DNA from: Monocercomonoides exilis PA203 | Taxonomy: Eukaryota > Protista > Preaxostyla | DNA length: 64,000 nt | NCBI GenBank assembly: GCA_001643675.2 | Contig: LSRY02000047.1 | Coordinates: 372,001 to 436,000, forward strand | Direction: 5' to 3' | Shown here: positions 1-14,333 of the stretch, one piece after another | Layout: every line of letters begins with the position of its first letter | Position numbering within the stretch: position 1 is the first letter of the stretch | Position numbers and translations under genes: made by a program | Notes under the pieces: generated by a model | Databases searched by the model: none | What the model was told of the DNA's origin: nothing | The model's input: only the letters and a program-made list of their open reading frames with translations

Positions 1-3000
1 TTGCTTGCAGAAATGCTCACACCAGACTCAATCGTCACACCTTCGAACTTCACCTCCTCTGCTTCTCTCAGCACAAATAACGACAGCACAGACAGATTGA
101 ACAATCGCACCGAACTTAAATGCACTCTTCCTCCAGAACAGCATAAAACGGAAATCTGACTGGCAATTTTTTCATTGGATGAGAGTTGCAATGAAGAGTC
201 AGAAGCAGAAGATACAACACCACTGCACGACGAAACAGAAGCATTGCTAATCGTCAGAAACCCGTCGTCCACAAAGAATATAAAGTACAAAAACGGCAAA
301 AAGTCGCTCTGAATCACAAAGTCAATACGCTCCAGAGCCGAATCGCCGACACACGTCACATACCCAAAATGCGAAGCCCTGTCCATTTCAGAAATAGTCA
401 CTGTTGATCTCTCCTTCTCTGAAGCAACACGAACAGTCCCGATTTCAAACGGAGGACCCATCTCTGCCTTGTCCAGCAGCTTCAGCAGCGGAACACAGCT
501 GACTTCTGCTGGATCAGCTGAGTCACTTGCACAGAAGCAGAACAAAGGAGAGATCGAATACGGTAGAACGGGCAAAAAATCTTCCATCACTTGTTTTATT
601 CTGTCACTCATGAATTCACTCGCTGCGCAGTCAACATGCTTCACAGCCTCCCTCATAGTCGCACACGGAAACTCCGCACTCCCGCAAAATGCTCCATCAA
701 TCCCATCAACATTACATCCCTTGCTTTTAACTGAACCAGCAAACACCGCTGCTGCTGTGTGGAACAGAAAGAGAGGCACCAGATCTTCCAGCTCGTTCGC
801 ATTTTCTGTGCAGCTGCCCCAAAACGCATTGGCCGGGTCAAACGCAGCTGGGGCGAAGGGAAACTGGAACATGAAGCGGCTGAGCTGCCTGCGGAAGGAG
901 TTGCACAAGACAAACACGTTTCTTCCGTACGTCGCTGCGTTCTGCTTAAACTTCACATCGCGAAGGAGCAGACGGACCAGCAGGTCGCCTTCTTCTGCCG
1001 GTTCCACTGTCAGCTGCGGGTTCGGCTCACACAAAAGACAGAGAGCTCCGCCACGTCCGATGAACTTCGGATCGCCGACTGTTTTGTTTGGCGCGGCACA
1101 CGAGTCAAACAGTGTCTCTCCTGCTATTGTCAGCGAGCAACCCTCACGCAGGCCGACGAAGAGGCAGCCACCGTGGGATCCCTTTTTCGTGGTGCAGGCA
1201 GTGAAGTTAGTGTTATTAATGAGCAGGTGCAGCGGCGGGTGGGTGTCGCTGACAGGCGAATGGCGCAGCGGCTCCGTCGCCAGCACGCAGCTGTTGTTTC
1301 CGGCGAACGGCTCGTTTGTGATGTTGGCAAACACACAGGACTCCACAACGAGGTACTTCTGACCGTCAAACACTGCCCCGTTCTCGCACGTGCGTATGAT
1401 GATGACAGGAGCACAGGGACTCAAGTCGCAGAAGCACACGTCCCTCAAATAGCACACCCCTGTCCGAATCATAATCACCCCTTGCACAAAGTCGGTGAAT
1501 GAGCTGGCGGACTCTGTTATCGTCACATGCTCCAGCAGCAGCGAGCCTCCACGGTATGCCTCTTCATTTCCTTTGCTTTTACTTCTGCTGCTGGAAATGG
1601 AATGACGATGGCTTTTGAGTTTGTTAGTTCTTGTTCTTGTTTCAGTTCCAATGCTATTTTCCACACCAACTCCAACAATAACATCATCTTCATTATCTTC
1701 GTCATTAACATCATCATCATAATGAGAAGTATTAGCATAATCACTTATCACTCCATCGTCCTTATCCGACTCAACCAGAAAAATCGGCGCCTCAAACGTC
1801 GAATGGTATGTGTACAGCACCCACTTCACATTCGCCACAAGCAGCGCCCCCGAAGTCACGTGGAAGATGGGCTGCTCAGAATCGTCGTATGAGTCTGAAG
1901 ACAACTCAGTTGTGTCTCTGCCTTCGCCATACATCTCCACACTCAGCTCAAACACCTCAGCTGCTGCCCAGATGTCGTATACACCGCTCGCCAGGCGGAT
2001 TACGCACTTCTGCTCTGTCTCACTTTCTCCTTCGTCTTTCTCTTTCTCTCCTTGCTTCTCAACTTCTCCCTTCACTTCTCCTTCTCCTTCTTTTTCTATT
2101 CCTATTTCTATTCCTATTTCTTTCTCTTTCTCTTTCTCTTTCTCCTTTTCTTTTGCTATCCCAGCTCGAAACTGGTCAATGATCTCGTAGAACTGCGTGC
2201 ACGGCTTATCAGCAGTTCTTCCGCATGAGCTGGCAGGCGCATTGGAAGAGCTTGCCATGAAGAACACGTTTGGCAGGCCATCAGCAGAGCCACTCAGAAG
2301 AGAAGGGAGGAACGAGGTGATGAAATCAGAATGTAGCTGTTTGAAAGAAGGGCATTGGACACACACGAAGTTGCGGAGCATGTCGGAGCTGCAGAAGGAG
2401 AAGAGGAAGGAGGCGGCGGTGGAAGAGTAGGAGGAGGAAGAAGAGGAAGAAGAGGAAGAAGAGGAAGAAGAGGAAAATAATGAAGAAGAAGAGGAAGAAG
2501 AAAGAGGAAGGGGATGCGAAGAAGTTGAATCTGAGTTATATTTAAAGTCATCATTTGTATTCTGAGTAGATAAGTTCACTGAATTGTTTAGCTTGTCATT
2601 CAACTGAAATTCCTTTGCCGGCTGTTCATCAATCACCACACACTCAGATTCATTCTGTGATTTCTTATTTGTCTGCATCGTATGCTTTCTATGTTTCATC
2701 TGCTCTATTTCATTTATTTCAGTCATTTTATTCTTTTCCTTCCTTTCTTTTATTTCTTTCATTTCTTTCATTTCTTTCATTTTCTTAATTTCCTTCATTT
2801 TATTATTTTCTTTCATCTTTTTCATTTCATTCCTTTCATTCCTTTCTGCATCTGCACAAGTTGCACAACAATGGCAGCAGCTGCAGGAAAAATAGTTGTC
2901 GCATTCAATCAGAACACCATACGTGGAACCTCTTTCAGAACAGTTGATAAAGAGCATATAGGAGAAGAGTGAAGGAAGTGAATTGGAGGAAGAGGAGGAA

Positions 3001-4969
3001 GAGGAGGAGGAGGAGGAGGAAGAAGAATGAGAAGATGTTGAACATAAATACGAATCTACATACTTATTTGTGAAATGGTTAGTTAAGGTATGTTTAGAAA
3101 GAGAATAATGAAGTGAAGGAATGGAGTTGTCATAAGAGGGAAATGAGGAAGACAATGAAGAAAAAGAAGAAATAGAAGAAGAAGAAGAAGACAATGATGA
3201 TAATGAAGCAATAGATGAAGCCAAACAAGAGCTGCAAATAAACGAAAAAGCTCCGTTGTGAGATGAATAACAGCCACAGCTCTTGATAATTGCAAGATGG
3301 ATGATTGGCGAAGAATCTGTATGAAAACAATTGAGTTATCCAAAATTTGCAAAGAGGGTTGCAAAAAGAAGAGAAAATGAAAAGAAAAGAAATTTTTTGT
3401 AAAAGAAAAAAAAAAGAATTTTTAATTTTAATGGAAACAAACATAAAAAGAAAGAAAGAAAGAAAGAGAAAGAAAGAAAGAAAAAGAAAGAAAGAAAAGA
3501 AAAGAATTCAAGAAAACCACAAGCACAAAAAAAAATTAAGCGTTTCATATATTCAGTTCATTCACACCATCCATTCTATTGACATAATCAAGCGCCAGCG
3601 CCCCGCCTTTGCCACCAGCAAAGCAATCAGTGCAGCTCAAATCGAATATCAACACCCGAACACAGCTAACCAACCCTTGTTCATCATTTGCCCTGCATTT
3701 CCTTGTTTTGTAGGCTCCTTTTCTCAAATCATTAGAAATTCCCTCAGAATTCCCCTCACTCTCATTCCGACACATATGTTCTTCATTCAACACCCTCTTT
3801 GCAGTTGAGCTGTATTCCCCCCTGATCCACACCCCGCCTCCTTTCCCCGATTCCCCGTGCGCCTCGCACTGAACACACGTCACATGCCTCATAACAGCAA
3901 TGCAGTTTCCCACCACACACACCGCCCCACCGCTCATTGCGCACTCACAGCGGGTGAAGACGCAGCTGTCCAGTGTGAAGGCGACGGGAGGATCTGTCCA
4001 GTCGAACGGGAACGCTGCAAAGATGGCGCCGCCGCAGCAGTTTTCCGTCTCGAACAGGCACGTCTCGCTGTCGTGCAGCCCAATTGCGCAGGAATAGAAG
4101 TCGTCGTTGAAAAATGTGACGTTTGTTTGATAAAACAATTGCTGCTGGGTAATAGTGTTGTCTCCATTTCGTCGGTGAAAATTGGAGCGGGAGCAATGCA
4201 AATAAGAATTGTTTTGTGATAAAAATGTGCAGGTTCTCTTTGAAAGCCCATGAATTATTCCACCTGAAAATATGTCATTACAACTGGAAATCTTATTATT
4301 TGAAAGAGTGGCGGAGATGATCGCAGAGATATCATAATTCTTCTTAAATTGCTGTGCAAATGAAACATTATTTATTTCACAATTTTCAACAACTTCATTA
4401 ACTCCATTTCCAGAAGAAAAAAAAGGTGAAGTAAAACATGCAGACGAAATAAATGAAGATGTTAAAGAAGCCGAACCAACGCAAATTGATTGAGAACAAA
4501 AATAAACAAGAGGCCTAGAAACGAAAATAGTTGTACTTACAGAAATGTTCTTTAAAAAAAGAGAACCATTTAAAGAAAATATAGCGGTTTTTAAACTGGT
4601 CACAATATTGATTTTTGATGAAATAAAATGAAATGCTGAACTACATGAAGTATATATAGAATGTTCACATGACGCTGGAGTGAAAAGGATTTGAGAAAGA
4701 TAGCAAGAAGAATTTTTTAAAGAAAATACACATGACACATTTGAAGTTAGTGAAGTTTGCTGAAAACATGATCTATCATAAATCTTCGGAGCAATTATAG
4801 TTGTTTTAGAATTTAAATCAACAGATGAAAATTTCGAAGAATAGTTTTGATAAGTGTTAAAATTGTTGGAAAAATTATCTTCAATGGATGTGTTTGAAAA
4901 TAAAGCAAATGCCTCGGAAAACAATGCAAAATAAATGGAATTAGCAACTAGATAGAAAAATATATCCAT
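1..4969 (-). CDS. Large Cys-rich, beta-helix-like predicted surface protein with Ser-rich and acidic low-complexity inserts; runs off the left edge
   Basis: Exon 1 is 4969-3568 (hydrophobic N-terminus MDIFFYLVANSIYFALF; GGAIF, GGAVC, GGGVW and GGALAL motifs). Predicted phase-1 GT-AG intron at 3567-3317. I found no stop in the exon-2 frame in the stretches I translated (e.g. KPCTQF, IRLASGVY, FEGVTIESGVSISAS); the ORF track omits it because it has no in-window stop. Confidence 0.75.
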
Positions 4970-5176
4970 AGTTTCATCGTATTCAAATGTTTTCTCTTAA
5001 AAGTTGTGAAAGATCAATTACCCTTAACCATTTGATAATATTTCTTTTTTTTTTTCAATTTTGAACTTAACTTAATTTACAAAAACTCTTTGTACAAAAA
5101 AGAATTTGAAAAATTACTAATCCAGCAAAGTTTGAAGGAAGTGAAATTGTTATAAAATTGTCTAAAAAAAATGTGT

Positions 5177-6012
5177 TTATGCTTCGACTTCTTCCTCCTC
5201 GTCTTCTGGAGATTCAATCTTATAGTAGCTCATCTTATATCCTTTTCTTCCGTTCGCAATGATACGAACCCAATCGCGAAGAGTTTGCTTCTTGAGGAAG
5301 CGACGTGTTAGATATTTCAAATATCTTTTTGTGAATGGTGGACGTGAAAGAACATAAACTCTATTTCTCTTCACGAGAGTTCTGACTTTCTTTCCGAAGT
5401 TGTGAGTTTTTCCGTGAACTTTGATGTGTTCTTTAAGATATTTTTCCTAATAAGCAAAAAATTGTTTGAAATGATTTTCATGAAATACAAAAGAAAAATA
5501 TTCAATAAGCAAATATAATACAATTTAAAACAACAAACCAGCTCTCTTGCTTTCAAAATGTGATCTTTTGCTTGTTGATGGCAGTCAATCACAAATCTAA
5601 CATATCTCCTCCGTCTCAGCATCTTCAATCTCTTGGCATGGAAATCGTTCTTGTTCAAAGGTCTGCCGTTCTTTCTTCTGATGACTTTTTTAACTTTCTT
5701 AACAACTTTCTCTTCTTTCTTTCCTTTCTTATCTTGAACTTTCTTTGTTGCTTTCTTTGTATCTTTAACTGCTGGCTTTGCATCTTTCTTCTCTGGCTGT
5801 TTCGCTGGTGCAGCAACTTTTTTCTCTGCTTTTGGTGCTGGTTTTGCTGCAGCGACTGCCTTTGGTTTTTGTTCGACCTTTGGCTTATTTTCTTCACTTT
5901 TCTTTGTTGGTGTAACTTTCTTTGCTGCAGGCTTCTCTGAAACTTTCTTTGTAGTTTCAACTTTCTTTGCTGGTTGTTTGGTCTGGGTAGCTTTCTTTGT
6001 TCCCTTGTTCAT
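5177..6012 (-). CDS. RPL22: 60S ribosomal protein eL22 with a Lys/Ala/Pro-rich N-terminal extension
   Basis: Exons 6012-5539 and 5446-5177 join through a phase-0 GT-AG intron. They give RFVIDC...ELEKYLKEHIKVHGKT...PFTKRYLKYLTRRFLKKQTLRDWVRIIA...YKMSYY plus an acidic tail, the eL22 signature. Confidence 0.95.
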
Positions 6013-6086
6013 CCCGAACGAAAGATCCTTCAGATCTAATTGGCCAAATAGGGATTATATATACCATAATAAACATTTATATTTGA
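6013..6086. promoter_or_regulatory. Putative bidirectional promoter between RPL22 and uridine kinase
   Basis: Only 74 bp separate the two divergent start codons. Confidence 0.6.
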
Positions 6087-7252
6087 ATGTCAGAGATCAA
6101 ATCCCCAATTGCCTCGCCTCCAAAGGCTAATTCATTTTCATTGAAAACGGATCGAAAGAGCATGATTTCAGAAAATATTGAAGATGCATTGGACGAATAC
6201 TCAGAAGAGCCTGTTTTCATTGCAGTCGCTGGTGGAACTGCAAGTGGAAAAACTACAATTTGCCAAAGCGTTATTTCTTATTTAAAAAATCATCAGATTG
6301 TTAGCCCAACTCAACGCGTATGCTTACTTTCCCAAGATTCATTTTATCGTAACCTCACTCCGGAAGAATCAGAAAGGGCATTACGTCAAGATTTTAATTT
6401 TGATTCTCCTGGTTTGTCAAGTTGTTGGACATGAATTATCTGAACGATATTCAATCATACATTTTTTTATCGTTAAGATGCATTTGATTTCAGACTCATG
6501 CATCAGATAATTCTTGATATAAAGGCTCGAAAACCAGTGAAGATTCCAGTCGTATGAAACATTATTGATTTGCTTTAATATTATATTGTTGACTAAAGTA
6601 TGATTTTTCGACCAATAGTAGAAAAACTGATGAATTTATTTTAATTGAAAAAGCCGATGTTATTATTCTTGAAGGAATTTTGGTTTTATATGATGAAGAA
6701 ATACTTCCTTTGATGTCCATGAAGCTATTTGTTGACTGTGATTCGGACATACGTTTAGCAAGAAGAAGTACATCATTTCTTTAAGTCTTTTCACACAATT
6801 TTTAAATTTCAATTATATTTCAAGTACGTAGGGATATTAAAGAAAGAGGAAGATCTGTCGAAAGTGTTTTGACGCAATATTTGAAATTTGTGAAGGTTTT
6901 AAAAATGAATTCTTTAAAATTTTTTAAATGTTTTATTTGCCTATGAATCATTATGATAATTCGATCAATTGTTTTATGCATTCACACATTTTTAATGAAT
7001 TTGTAGCCAGCGTATGATGACCTCATTTTGCCAACAAAAAGATGGGCTGATCTAATCATTCAAAATGGGAGCAGCTTTAAAGGTATTTCAATTTTTATTT
7101 AATTAATATTTTTAAATTTTATAATATGATTTATGATCAAAGTTGCTGTGAGATTGATTTGCGCTCAAATACGTCTTGTTCTGCAACAGAGACTTTTACG
7201 CTCAGAATCTCCAGCTCCGGTTCATCGTTCCCCTCCTCTTATGCTTGGATAA
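6087..7252 (+). CDS. UCK: Uridine/cytidine kinase (6 predicted exons)
   Basis: P-loop AGGTASGKTT, SQDSFY, NFDSPDAFD, DVIILEGILV, FVDCDSDIRLARR, RDIKERGR, FVKPAY and PTKRWADLII are recovered across five GT-AG introns (first at 6412-6477). Stop TAA at 7250-7252. Confidence 0.92.
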
Positions 7253-9183
7253 TCATTGACTGAACGAAGGAACAAAGAGATGAAAATGTTGTGTTTATTC
7301 ATTTAAATGGTTTGCTTTGAAATAAATAGAAAAAAGAGAAAGTGACGATTTTTGTTTGGAAATTAGAAGGATAATTCAAAAGATGAGGAGGATTACATGC
7401 TATGCCAAAAGAATTACGTAGCTGCTGGTGTATTTATGTTTCTCTAATTTTATTTGGATCAACGAACGATGAAGGCTTTCTGTTCGAATATTTGTGGATG
7501 CAACATATCCATGTTACATAAAGATTGATTTAACAATGTTAATATATCTGAATTTTATAGTCTGACTTTGTATGGGAAATGTTTTTGCAAATGAAGTGAT
7601 TATCTTTTCATTTTTTCTTTTTTTATCTTCTTCTTTTTAAATGTGATGGAGCGGTGGAAATTGGAGAATTTATATAAGGAATGATATTTTTTCGTTCAAT
7701 TTGTTATCCTCCGCACTGACTTTGTAAATTTTATTTATTTATTTATGTGTTTTTATTTATTGGTGGATCTATTTCCCCGCAGTCTTTTGACATTCAATTT
7801 TGTTTTGTCTCACTTTCACATTTTCCAGTTGAACTATAAAAATTTTGTATTTAGTTTTCTTTCTTTCTTTCTTTCTCTTTCTCTCTCTCTTTCCTTCCTT
7901 TCCTTTTTGATTACCTTGAAGTAGTATTTATTGACAATCATTTTAATTATAAAAAAATATTGTATTTTGGATACATTTTTTTAGAAAAACCTTTTCTCTT
8001 ACGTTTTCATATACGTCAATTAGAATGAATAAGAAATACTTTTGTGCATCAACTCTCATTATTTTGTTTGTTATTGAAGTGTCATTTTATTGCAGCAAAT
8101 TCAAAATTCTTCAAAAAACTGGTCACTTCTTTCCAAAGAAGATGATTTTTTGAGTACCAGCTAATCAACAATATCTTTGACAAGAAAAATAACCATTTGA
8201 TAACGAAATGATGAATTTTTTTGTTTTTATTTTCTTTATTTCGATAATCAAAATGCGAAAAGAGCCAGCTGCTTATCATTGAATTCTGAATATGGCTATC
8301 TCATTTCATTTATGCAACACCTTTGAAATGAATGCTTTGTGTAACGCACAAGCAATGACAAAATTATACAGGAATATATGAGAAATGAAATTTTAAGTCC
8401 TCTATTCATTCAAAGACAGCAGAACAAAACAGCAATTTACGAAGCAAAAAATGAAAAAAATTAGCAATGGCACTCAAAACTTATCATAATTAATAATAAC
8501 AATAAAAATAAAACTGAAAAGATATTATTGTTTTCAGATTCACACTCGAATGAGAAAGTTAACATAAATAAAAATTGATAAGAAATGCATATATCCATTA
8601 AACAAAACATCATCAGTTGCGCGTCCACAATCCAACGGATTGAACACAACAGATGAATTATTTAGAACTAAACTCTTCAAAAAACTCTCTTAAACAGAAG
8701 AATCAAACGAATAGCTCGAAAAGATTTATAATAAACAAAAAACCATATATTTTTATTTTATTTAAATAAATGAAAAAACAAGATTTGAAATCTGTCCATA
8801 AAAACCTGAAATTGGGGGGAAAAAAATGCAACAAAACGGATGAAATACAAGTAAAACTTATTCAACATGTACATATCACACAAAAAAAATTTTTTTAACA
8901 AAAATAATAAGCTTTATTCAAATTTATATGAATCACTCAAACAGCTTTTAAAAAGCCGCCAACTATATGTAGATATAAAATAAAACTCAAAAGAAAAAAT
9001 TTTTTTCTATTTTCTGGTTTCTTCCTACTTCGAAATGACTGGCTCTGATTGCAGAGTCGAAAAATTTCCCCGTGTGCTTTGAAGAAGATTATCTTCTCCT
9101 TTTTTTTCTTTAAGAAAAGGCAAATTTATCGTCATATTCGAATCCTGCAGGCAAGTCGATGGTTCTTCAGCTATTTCCACTAA

Positions 9184-11300
9184 TTATCCGCTCCTGCCTG
9201 CCTCTAAATTTGCAGACTCATTTTTGGAGCCCTTCGCTTCATTTCCACTTGGTACAGGAATACTCTTGGTTGAACTTTCAAATTCCTCCATGTTCAAATT
9301 TTTCATTCCAATGCTCCATTTTCCTGGTGTTAACGCACTTTTGTTCTTTTTCTTTTTTTGGATGCCATTGATTTCTTGATTACCTGCTCCTTCTCCATTC
9401 TTGTCATTTGGTTCAATCAACCCTTTTCTTTCTGCACTTTCTCCTTCAATTCCTCTCCATTTTTCCTTCTCTTCATCTTTGTAATCGTCGACTTCATCTT
9501 TTATATCTCCAAGCTCACATCTTCCTTGTTTCAAGCTCCCACTTACACTCATTTCAAAAGATTTGCTGCCATCCTTCTCTCTTTGACTTCCATTTTCCCG
9601 CGTCTTCTCTGCTTTAAGCAGCACAAACACTGCAACTGTAGCTATTGCACTGACTCCGCATTCCCCCAGGAAGCACCACTGCAGCGGCCGTCTCCCCCCC
9701 ACTTCTCCACACTCATCCACCGCTTTCTCTGTGAAATACGTCACAACAGCCGACAGCCCCAGGCTCATCATCTGGCCGGCCATGCAAAACAGATTCATTA
9801 CACCTGCAGTCACGCCAGCTTCTTTTTCCTTAACCACTGAAGACACCAGAGCAAAGGGAATTGAGTTGAATGCAGAGAAGCTGATGCCGAGCAGCGAGTA
9901 GGCGATAAAAATGAGGAAGACGAATTGCGTATCCATGTGCGTAGGGAAAAATAGACAGAAAAGTGCGATTGTCGCAATGAGCTGCGAAAGGACGTAAACA
10001 CATCTCGGGCCCAGCAGCGTTTGGAGCTTGGTTGACAAAAGGGAAAAAATGGATGTGATGCCAGACAGTGCTATCATGGCAAACGAGCCCATCATCTGAC
10101 CTGCTGCAAAAGTGTCTGTAATGTTTGACGAAGAAGAGGAAGAAGATGAATAAGACGAATAAGATATGAAAGAACGAAGAGATATGAAATTTGTGGTAGG
10201 CATGACAGAGGGAGAAGAATGAAGTGGGATGCGAAAATACATAATTGAATTTGCCAACTTCAAAAAAGTTTTAAAGGAAACCGAAGAAAATGGGGATGCA
10301 TTGCTAATGGATAGGGAAGCGGAAGGAGTAGGAGAAGAAAGAACAATTGCGTTCGCTCTATTTTCCATTGTCAAATTCCGATCGCATCTTCCTTCTTCGA
10401 TTCCCCGATACACAACATCTGCCACAAACAATGTTGCTGACGAGTTGAACGAGAAATACGCACACCAACTGAGCAAAAATGCGAAGCTTGCGCAAAGAAC
10501 AGGTCCCCCTTTAAACACATTCTTCACTGCTTTTAAAGCCGTAATGAAAGGATTGTCCACTTTCTCATTCAAAATGCGAATATATCGCTTTTCTGGTGCG
10601 AAGATCAGAGTTGGTATTGAGCAAATTAAAATCAGCACCAATCCATAATAATAAGGCTTTAATACGAGTGCAGCAAAGATGTATGAAAGTAAATTACCCA
10701 CTCCGATAAGAAGAGCAATAAAGTTGTTCCCCAATGATTCCTGTCCTTCTCCACACACATCAAAGATAATGGCTCTAGCAGGAAGCATCAACATATTGAT
10801 TGATACATATATTAGAACAAATGCAATAACTGCGATTACAATTGAAATAGAATTATTTGCGAACACTTGTTAAAGTCAAACAAAAGAATAAACGAAGATG
10901 AGTGACAAAAAACATTGAAGAATACAAACCTTCTTCAGTAATGAGAATAAACAGAGCAAACGAAATCGAAACAATAAATAATCCAGCTAAAATAAATGGA
11001 CGCCGCCGTCCCCATTTGAAGTTTGCTTTATCTGAATAAGCTCCAATGAATGGCTGCAGCAATCCACAAATTGGACCCAGAAGCCAAATAACAGAACCTA
11101 ACCAAGTTTCAATGCCAAGTTCTAAATGAAAAATAATGAATGTATTTTAAATATAATTTTAAGAAAAGAACATTTATAATTTCATAACTTGTTATCATTG
11201 GAGAAAATAAAGCAAATGTGAAGCCAAATGATAACTGTACTGAAGCATATGAGCACGATGTTGCAAAAAGACGTAATGGATGAATTTTTATATTTTTCAT
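9184..11300 (-). CDS. MFS sugar transporter of the SLC45 / sucrose:H+ symporter (GPH) type
   Basis: Spliced at 11188-11122 and 10929-10866. This gives IWLLGPICGLLQPFIGAYSDK...GRRRPFIL, PARAIIFD, SIPFALVS and GVMNLF, with about 12 hydrophobic segments. Confidence 0.85.
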
Positions 11301-12009
11301 TGCGCTAGATTGCAGCTTAAAAGAATTAAAAGTCGATTATAGAATGCAATGACTTCCAAATACAAAGTTTCGAAAATAAACCAAATATATATATATATTT
11401 AGCTTTAGTCCTAAAATATGCTTATTCGAAATTTTTGTGCCAATTCAATTAAGCAAGATATTTTATTTATATGATCACATATATAAAAAAATTTTTTTAT
11501 CAATATTTCACTTAAAAAAACTGTTTTTTTAATGTTTGTAATGTATCAATAACACACATATAGGAAGCTCTGAGTGATGTTGAGACAAACATTTTTCACA
11601 TCCAACCACTTTACCACTTTTGTAAAAAAAAAATGAGAACAACTCATTTCATGAAAGAGAATAAAGTTAAAAACCTTATATAATTTGCAATGGAAGTTTA
11701 GAATCCAAACAAACCTTTTTATATTTAAATTTTGATTAATTTCAATGAAAATGAATGAATAAATAAATAAAAAACATAATTCTCAAATTATACTATCTTT
11801 TGTTTGATGTTTCATACAGTTTTCGGAGTTACATTGCTCAACAATGAAAAAATTCCAATCTCAAAACCAACAAAGTTGAACTGAAAAAGAAAACAAAAAT
11901 TGATAACTGAAAACTGAAAACAAAATTTTCTTCAAATAAAAAAAAAACTCTTTGTCTCTTGGAAATTACAAAAAGAAAGAAAATCTCTAATTATTTAAAC
12001 AATATAACA

Positions 12010-14074
12010 TTACAGAATCAAATAAATAACAACAACAACTGACACAATAAAAACTTTTGAAATATTAGATTCCAAAAGTCTGGTGAGATTGACCGCAAAG
12101 GTCTCTTCCTTTTTGGCAAAACAAGTCCACCAATTGCGCTCAAGGGCTTCAAATTTTGCATAGAAATCCTTTCGCATTTTCAGCGCTTTTTCAATTGCAT
12201 CATAATCTTTCCATGATGATTTTTTTGGTCTGCCTGTGGGCCATATTCCTCGTCCTGGCTCCCTTTCATCTGTTTCAGTGAACTCAGCAAATCCAACAAC
12301 TGTCTCGTTCTCTGCAAACTTAGTCAATCCAAGTTTCATTCTCAGCCACTCAAACTTTTGAATGGCGAAAGAATACCCGCTTCTTCTTTCTTCCCACTCC
12401 CATCCCCTTTCCAATTTTAAACTGTCGGATACAGACAACTGCGGAACCCATAAGAAATCTGCAATTATCAAAGGAGCAATCACAGATGCAATGCAAAAGC
12501 CAAAATGCAGTTTAATAGAGCCATCAAGCTTCAGCGGAACCAGAATCAGAAAAGGAAGCAGAACCACACATGCACAGACCATAAAAATGCTAATTGTTAT
12601 GTTATCAGCATGAGTTAAAATTTCTCCAAACATCCTATCAGAAAACAACATGGTCAAAAAGCGAGTAAAGAGAATCAGCACGCTCAAAGTTAATAGAAAA
12701 TATATTTCTCTCCATTTGAGTGATGCTATATACACTAAAACTCGATAAATATGTGCTGTTTAGTACAACACAGTAAATATGATAAGAAAGAAAGAAAGAA
12801 AGAAAATTATTAATAAGAAAAAGAAAAAAAGAAAGATAATATGATTTTCTATAATTCAAATTCAACAGTCAGATCTAACCATCAGCTTTCAGCGAAGCAG
12901 TCACAAAAAACATCAACATAAGAACAGCTGAAATAGAATCCAACAGCAAAAATATGTATTTGGAAAATGAAAATGCTCGTTGAAATTCACTCATTAAGAG
13001 CCAGGCAAATATCAAAGCAGAAAGCGCAAAATACGGCCATATGAACAGAAATATTGGAACATGCTTCCAAAAATAGTCGAAATACAACGCATTTGATAGA
13101 ACAAATCCATGAATAACATATAACAATTTGCTTAAACAATGTTTATTTAAAAGGTAAATGAAATAATCTATTAAGCAAAAAGATCCAATCAGAAGCGTTG
13201 AAAACGTCAAAGTATCTGTAAACGACTTTTTAGCTGCTTCTCCATTCGCTCTAACTCTATAAGCAATTTCGCTATTTCTCAAGAAACTGAGCAACCCAAG
13301 CACCAACAAAATTTCTGCCATGAACTGCAAAATTGAACGAATCATTATTGATAACGTATTTTTTATCCACTTTTTCCTATTTTTTCCTGTAATCTGTGGG
13401 AAATCTCGTATGTGTGCTAGTTCTTTGTAAATTCTAAATGCAACAGTAACATTCAGCAAAACACATTAATTAAAGTTAAATAACCAGTCAATGAATAAAA
13501 AGTGCTCAAATGCTTCAGAACACAAACTGCAATGTCTCCTTCCATCCCTTTGTGCTCACTCCGTATTTGTAGCTCTCTTTCCAGTCTTCTTCTGAGCTTG
13601 GCTGAAATTTAGAAATGTCTTGAAATGCACATTTTGGTAGAAGGCAAATAATGTGCATGAAGGGAATTATCTCTCTGCACTTTATTCTCGCACATCTGTA
13701 CGGTCAGTGGGAGAGGTATTATAAAGCGTGAAATATTGATTCTTTCTTTGAAAAAAAGGCAAAAAAAAAGAGAGATAAATTCAAACTCTTCTGTTTTTGA
13801 GAGTAGATAAAATCTGCGATTCACACGAGACAACGAAAGAATCGTTGAGCAATTGCATTTCCCAAAGATTCTATTTGCAACAATCGATAAGCAAAAATGA
13901 AAAATCTTTTCTCATCAAAAGATTTCAATAATTTAAACTCAAACATCTTCAAAATATCATCGGGAAGGCTGCCTGGATAAAACGATCACAAAACATAAAA
14001 TATTGTAAATGAAGCATATGCTAACCTAAACATGCACCGACAGCACCCTTGGAAGAGCTTTCTGTCCTTTCCAT
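12010..14074 (-). pseudogene. F-box-like N-terminus plus multi-pass membrane protein, apparently disrupted
   Basis: LPDDIL...LSLSRVNRRFYLL resembles an F-box. Hydrophobic ORFs follow at 12875-13459 and 12010-12735. There is an in-frame TAA at 13609-13611 and a frame change near 13460. Confidence 0.45.
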
Positions 14075-14333
14075 GAAAAACAAAAGTAGCAATTTATGGT
14101 TTTCGGTACTCAAAAATGAGAAAATTATCTTAATGTGCAACGCAAAAATAACTTATGTTTTTTATAGGGGAAAAGGCTCCTTTAGGGGCATCAACTTTTT
14201 TTCGTTAAAAAAATGAATAAATAACAAAAAAAATGAAATAGAAAAAAATCGGGCAAAATTTTTGCGTAAATAAAAAATTCAACGATTTGTTTTAAAACTT
14301 TTTCTGCAATCAGGTAATTACAATTCTAACATA

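Noticed and set aside
469-2972. Plus-strand ORFs of 77-297 aa
   Set aside because: They are antisense shadows of the long minus-strand exon that runs off the window edge.
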